A stretch of DNA of 10,031 nt from the NCBI RefSeq assembly GCF_006345805.1, contig NW_021827695.1:1-10031 (forward strand), given 5' to 3'. The DNA is from Octopus sinensis. Lineage: Eukaryota. The notes below the pieces were generated by a model. The model saw only the letters and a list, made by a program, of their open reading frames with translations, searched no databases and was not told the origin of the DNA. Shown here piece after piece: positions 6,569 to 10,031 of this stretch (its first letter is position 1; each line of letters begins with the position of its first letter). Both the position numbers and the translations under genes were made by a program.

Positions 6569-6594
6569 CTGTGAGTGTGTATATATGTGTGTGT
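6512..6594. repeat. Interrupted (GT)n microsatellite
   Basis: Directly visible. Confidence 0.95.
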
Positions 6595-7044
6595 CTTCTG
6601 TAAGGGAAATAGAATGTGTGTGTGTTATTTGTAATAACAGAGCTCCTCTAAGCTTTCCATTGCTGATTTCTAAGTTTTTCAGGTATTGCCAAATTTAGAG
6701 ACCACCCAGGAAATAGGATGATTATAAAAGCAAAGAAAGGAATGGTTAGAGAATAACAGCAAATAAATGGATTATCAACATGTGTGATATGGCACTAGAC
6801 TATACAAAGAGATGAAGATATTTTGCCAATCGGCATGATTTGGTCATGAAATACTACAATAATAAATGATGTGTCGAAGAATGGCAGCCTGTTGTCCATG
6901 CCCTGAAGATCAAACATACCACGCCTTTCAAATATATAAAAATAGCAGGAAGAAATAAATGAAAATAGGATAAAATAAAGTAAATTTATGAATAAAAAAA
7001 TGGCTACTGTTGTCCTTGTCGTTTTTGCCCCAATGTTGTAGTTT

Positions 7045-7099
7045 TGTGTGTGTGTGTGTATGTGTGTGTGCATGTGTGTGTGTGCAGATATGTGTGTGT
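7045..7099. repeat. Interrupted (GT)n microsatellite
   Basis: Directly visible. Confidence 0.93.
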
Positions 7100-7267
7100 C
7101 TTTAGGCCAAGTCAGCCCTAATCGAACAGGCTTGTCACTCAAAACATTCCAGCATTAAACAAGATTAGCCATTTTCCAATTTTTGTTGTTTATTTTTACA
7201 GATAGTGGGGCGGGTGAATTGAGGGAGATTTTTACAGCTATTTTTAGCAGAACGAAGAAACGAAGAC

Positions 7268-7510
7268 TGTTGTTGTTGCTGCTGCTGCTGCTGTCATTGT
7301 TGTCATCGTCGTCGTCTGACTCCTCCTCCCCCTCCACATCCCCCTACTCACTCCTCTTCATTCCCCTCCTCATCCTCCCCCTCCTCATCGTCCTCCCCTC
7401 ATACTCATCCTCCTCCTCCCCTCCTCCTCATTCTCCCCCTCTCCCAATTCCCCTCCTCCTTCTAATCCTCATCCTCCTCCACCTTTTTCCAAGCTTTTTT
7501 TTTTCTTTCT
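7268..7510. repeat. Trinucleotide run (TTG/CTG/TCG) followed by a long C/T-rich (CCT-like) tract
   Basis: Directly visible; explains the low-complexity ORFs 7155..7337 and 7183..7518. Confidence 0.95.
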
Positions 7511-7655
7511 TTGTTTAAGCATAGGTACTCAGGACTGAAGTTTTAAATGAATGTAGCTGTTGTTTCTAGCAAATCGATAGGACATCATTGGAATTCTACC
7601 GTTGACATAAAAAAAGCTGTTGTAATACAGTAAAGTAAACGTTATATCTTGTACA

Positions 7656-7870
7656 TTTTACTTGTTTCAATCATTAGACTGCGGCCATGCTGGAGCTCCT
7701 GCCTTGAAGAATCTGTAGTCGAATGAATCAACCTAGTATTCTCTTTTTAGGCCCGGTACTTATTCTATCGGTTCCTTTTCCCGAACTGCTACGTTACGGG
7801 AACGTAAACACACCAACACCGGTTGTCTAGCGATGATGGGGAACAAACTGAGACATAAAGATACACACAC
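7656..7870 (-). mobile_element. SINE 3' body (same family as 8011-8205), head missing
   Basis: Aligns by eye with 8021-8205 (TTTTACTTGTTTCA.TCAT...CTGCGGC.ATGC...TACTTATTCT.TCGGT...CCGAAC...GTAAACACACCA.CA.CGGT). Confidence 0.8.
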
Positions 7871-8010
7871 ATAGAGGAGGAGAGTCACAGTGCCTTAATA
7901 TAACCAAATAATAACGTTTATTAGTGAATGTGTTTATTCAAACAGACTGGTTTACAATTTTTTTCTACTCTCAGTAACGAGTCTCTTTATCAGTGTGTGC
8001 GTGTATATAT

Positions 8011-8385
8011 TCCTTTATCCTTTTACTTGTTTCAGTCATGTAACTGCGGCTATGCCAGAGCACTGCCTTTGTCGAAGAAATCGACCCCAGGACTTATTTT
8101 TTGTAAGCCTAGTGCTTATTCTGTCGGTGTCTTTGCCGAACCGTAAACACACCAGCATCGGTGTCAAGCGATGGGGGAGGGGGGGCACAAACACAGACAC
8201 AAAGACGCGCACTCATAAATATATGTATATATATTTATATACGATGAGCTTCTTTCAGTTTCTGTCTACCAAGTCCTTTAGTCCTTGAGACTATAGTAAA
8301 AGACACTTGCGAAGGTGTCACGCAGTGAGATGGAAGCCGGAACCATATGGCTGGGAAGTATGTTTCTTACCACACAACCAAGCTT
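8011..8385 (-). mobile_element. Composite SINE: tRNA-like/CORE-type head, internal TA-rich microsatellite, 3' body
   Basis: Head 8385-8240 (TGGTTGTGTGGTAAG...ACCTTCGCAAGTGTC), internal repeat about 8206-8240, body 8205-8011 ending AAGTAAAAGGATAAAGGA. Confidence 0.8.
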
Positions 8386-8400
8386 ATATATATATATATA

Positions 8401-8630
8401 TTAATTTAGGGATAGTAGACCCCTACATCTCACCAAATAAAAAGAATTTTTATTTTTATTTTAAATACCTACTGTTTTATTACTTGGTAACACGTGTTTC
8501 ATGAGGTAGGACCCCGATGATGTACCTCATGAAACACGTGTTGCCAAGTAATAAAACAGTAGGTATTTAAAATTAAAATAAAAACTCTTTTTATTTGGTG
8601 AGATGTAGGGTTCTACTATCTCTAAATTAA
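8401..8630. mobile_element. 230-bp fold-back, probably a Penelope-like inverted pLTR pair (E8)
   Basis: Arms 8401-8508 and 8523-8630, 108 bp each, 5 mismatches, 14-nt spacer; left end abuts (TA)n; hammerhead-like motif at the centre. Confidence 0.8.
8514..8542 (+). ncRNA. Degenerate hammerhead-like motif
   Basis: CCGATGA (U4>C)-TGTACCTCAT-GAAAC-ACGT-GTT: 3' half and palindromic loop good, but stem II does not pair and stem I is lost at the inversion. Confidence 0.4.
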
Positions 8631-8749
8631 AATATATTTCTTCATTGAGAATAATTTGAACCTCTGTTATGCTGGAATTTTTATTCCCTAAAAAATAATA
8701 TATATAAAATCTAAATACACACAAACAACCGAAAAACTTATGAGCTAAA

Positions 8750-8822
8750 TCTAGCCAGTATTGAACCCACAAATCAATGCTAACACGGCTCTTTGCGCAT
8801 CCGATTGAGCCAAACGCTCACC
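8750..8822 (-). other. tRNA-like Pol III head (A-box/B-box), probably a decayed SINE head
   Basis: A-box TGGCTCAATCGG 8812-8801 and B-box GTTCAATAC 8766-8758, 34 nt apart; no convincing cloverleaf. Confidence 0.4.
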
Positions 8823-9502
8823 AATCAGTTTCCGTCAAATTTAATGACTATATACTTAAACTGTCTGATACCTCATATAATATTTGTAAACAAATGCGAA
8901 AGGCTTTGTGAGTTACGGAGAGAAAGCTACTATGGAAGACTCATTGTATATAATAACTGTATAATAATACATCATAATAATATATATTATCCGATTTGAA
9001 GCGACAATTTTTAAATGTAAACAAATGGTCGAAAATGATGAATTAACCGTATATATATATATATATATATATATATCTGTTGATTCATCAGAAACGATAA
9101 ATTGATACACATGTAGAACAATCTTTAATACATTATAACTGAAAAGTTCCGATTTCCAGTACCTAGAGGTACCCTTTTCTGATCATCAGCTAGTAGACCA
9201 AATTTGGTTTTCTGTATAAATATCCACTGTCTGAATATTTTTTAAAACATAAAACGAAATTCTGAAGAAAATGTTTATCTTTATGTTCTGTTTGAAAGCC
9301 TGTGAAAGCATACGAAAACAGCTACTCCATACTTTTGATTCTGTTTTCTCGTCGTAATATTATCATGAACTCCAATACAAGCGAGGTTATGAAATTGTGT
9401 ACTTTTATATAAATACTTTTAATTAATGGTTCTAAAAAAACAATGGGTATGTGCGTGTTCTTTTTGCGTACGCCTGTGCAAACATATACATATATATATA
9501 TA

Positions 9503-9670
9503 TATAATCAAAATAAGCAACAAGAATAACTCCGGTAATTTGGCACGATCGTTTCGCACTACATCATTTTATTAAATGTTGTAAGTATTACAACAGTTTT
9601 AAAATGATGAGCACTCAAGTTGTAATACTTACAACATTTAATAAAATTCTTGTTGCTTATTTTGATTATA
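9503..9670. mobile_element. Asymmetric fold-back of an E1-like pLTR fragment (E9)
   Basis: Outer perfect IR 9503-9527 / 9646-9670 (25 bp); inner perfect IR 9567-9594 / 9619-9646 (28 bp); about 40 nt of the left arm (9528-9566) is absent from the right arm; left end abuts (TA)n. Confidence 0.8.
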
Positions 9671-9932
9671 ATCACCCCATGGATTTATTTGGATAACACC
9701 ATACAAAATTCTGGTGCATCTAACTTAAGTACCATATTCATTTGAATCTAAATTTTGCTGAACTTATATATATATATATATGCTAACTCATACACACACA
9801 TATACATACGCATACAGAGACATGCGACCACATATATTAAAATATATATCAATAAAACCTTTCGAAACCAACATTTTTCCCGAACCTGAACGATATTAAA
9901 GGAGACTTGTATTTACACTAAAAAAATAATTA

Positions 9933-9950
9933 GCCTCGTGCAAGCGAGGC
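9933..9950. other. GC-rich hairpin GCCTCGT-GCAA-GCGAGGC
   Basis: 7-bp stem (one G.U) with a GNRA loop in an AT-rich context; function unassigned. Confidence 0.4.
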
Positions 9951-10031
9951 GTTAACAGCTCAATTCTTTTGTTCAAACTATTACTTCCTTGAGTCAAAAT
10001 TCTCAATTTTTCACTTAGACAAATGATAGAT

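Noticed and set aside
6670-6900. Possible host exon after TTTTTCAG (about 6683)
   Set aside because: All frames close quickly, no recognisable protein motif and no convincing donor site.
7155-7518. Acidic/Ser-rich and Leu/Pro-rich ORFs; possible H-DNA in the pyrimidine tract
   Set aside because: Low-complexity repeat translations; no mirror symmetry or context that marks the tract as more than ordinary simple sequence.
8401-8630. piggyBac-type MITE interpretation (TTAA at both ends)
   Set aside because: No CCC/CAC terminal motif inside the TTAA; the arms run to the centre and contain a hammerhead-like half, which fits an inverted pLTR better. Not fully excluded.
3102-8630. ADAR (A>G) signature in arm-to-arm mismatches of E3 and E8
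   Set aside because: The mismatches are of mixed types with no directional A>G excess.
9085-9189. Two minus-strand CTGATGA motifs (9091-9085 and 9189-9183), the second followed by TCA-GAAA-AGGG-TA
   Set aside because: The first has no GAAA; the second leaves only 3 nt for stem II and has a non-palindromic loop.
1-10031. CRISPR array, rRNA or functional tRNA gene
   Set aside because: No repeat-spacer periodicity; all tRNA-like boxes belong to SINE heads without a full cloverleaf; the sequence is eukaryotic in character.

Overview
AT-rich, microsatellite-dense eukaryotic non-coding DNA, almost certainly a cephalopod (Octopus-like) intron or intergenic region; the taxon is inferred from recalled SINE families, not from a search. 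No host protein-coding gene is supportable: the ORF track is mostly microsatellite read-through and transposon debris. The window has three layers. (1) A decayed irritans-type mariner (4363-6371, minus) carrying two younger insertions with exact target-site duplications: a tRNA-derived SINE (14-bp TSD) and an RTE-clade LINE with a 5' inversion (9-bp TSD, twin-priming geometry). (2) Several tRNA/CORE-type SINEs. (3) The most interesting layer: short elements abutting (TA)n tracts, four of them fold-backs, that carry minimal type-I hammerhead ribozyme motifs of the kind known from Penelope-like element pLTRs. There are seven motifs, intact to degenerate, from about six sequence families. Five families have a palindromic loop-III tetramer, each one different (AATT, CTAG, GTAC, ACGT, GATC), and one ribozyme is split across the two strands. 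All alignments and folds were done by eye; ribozyme activity and family assignments are untested.
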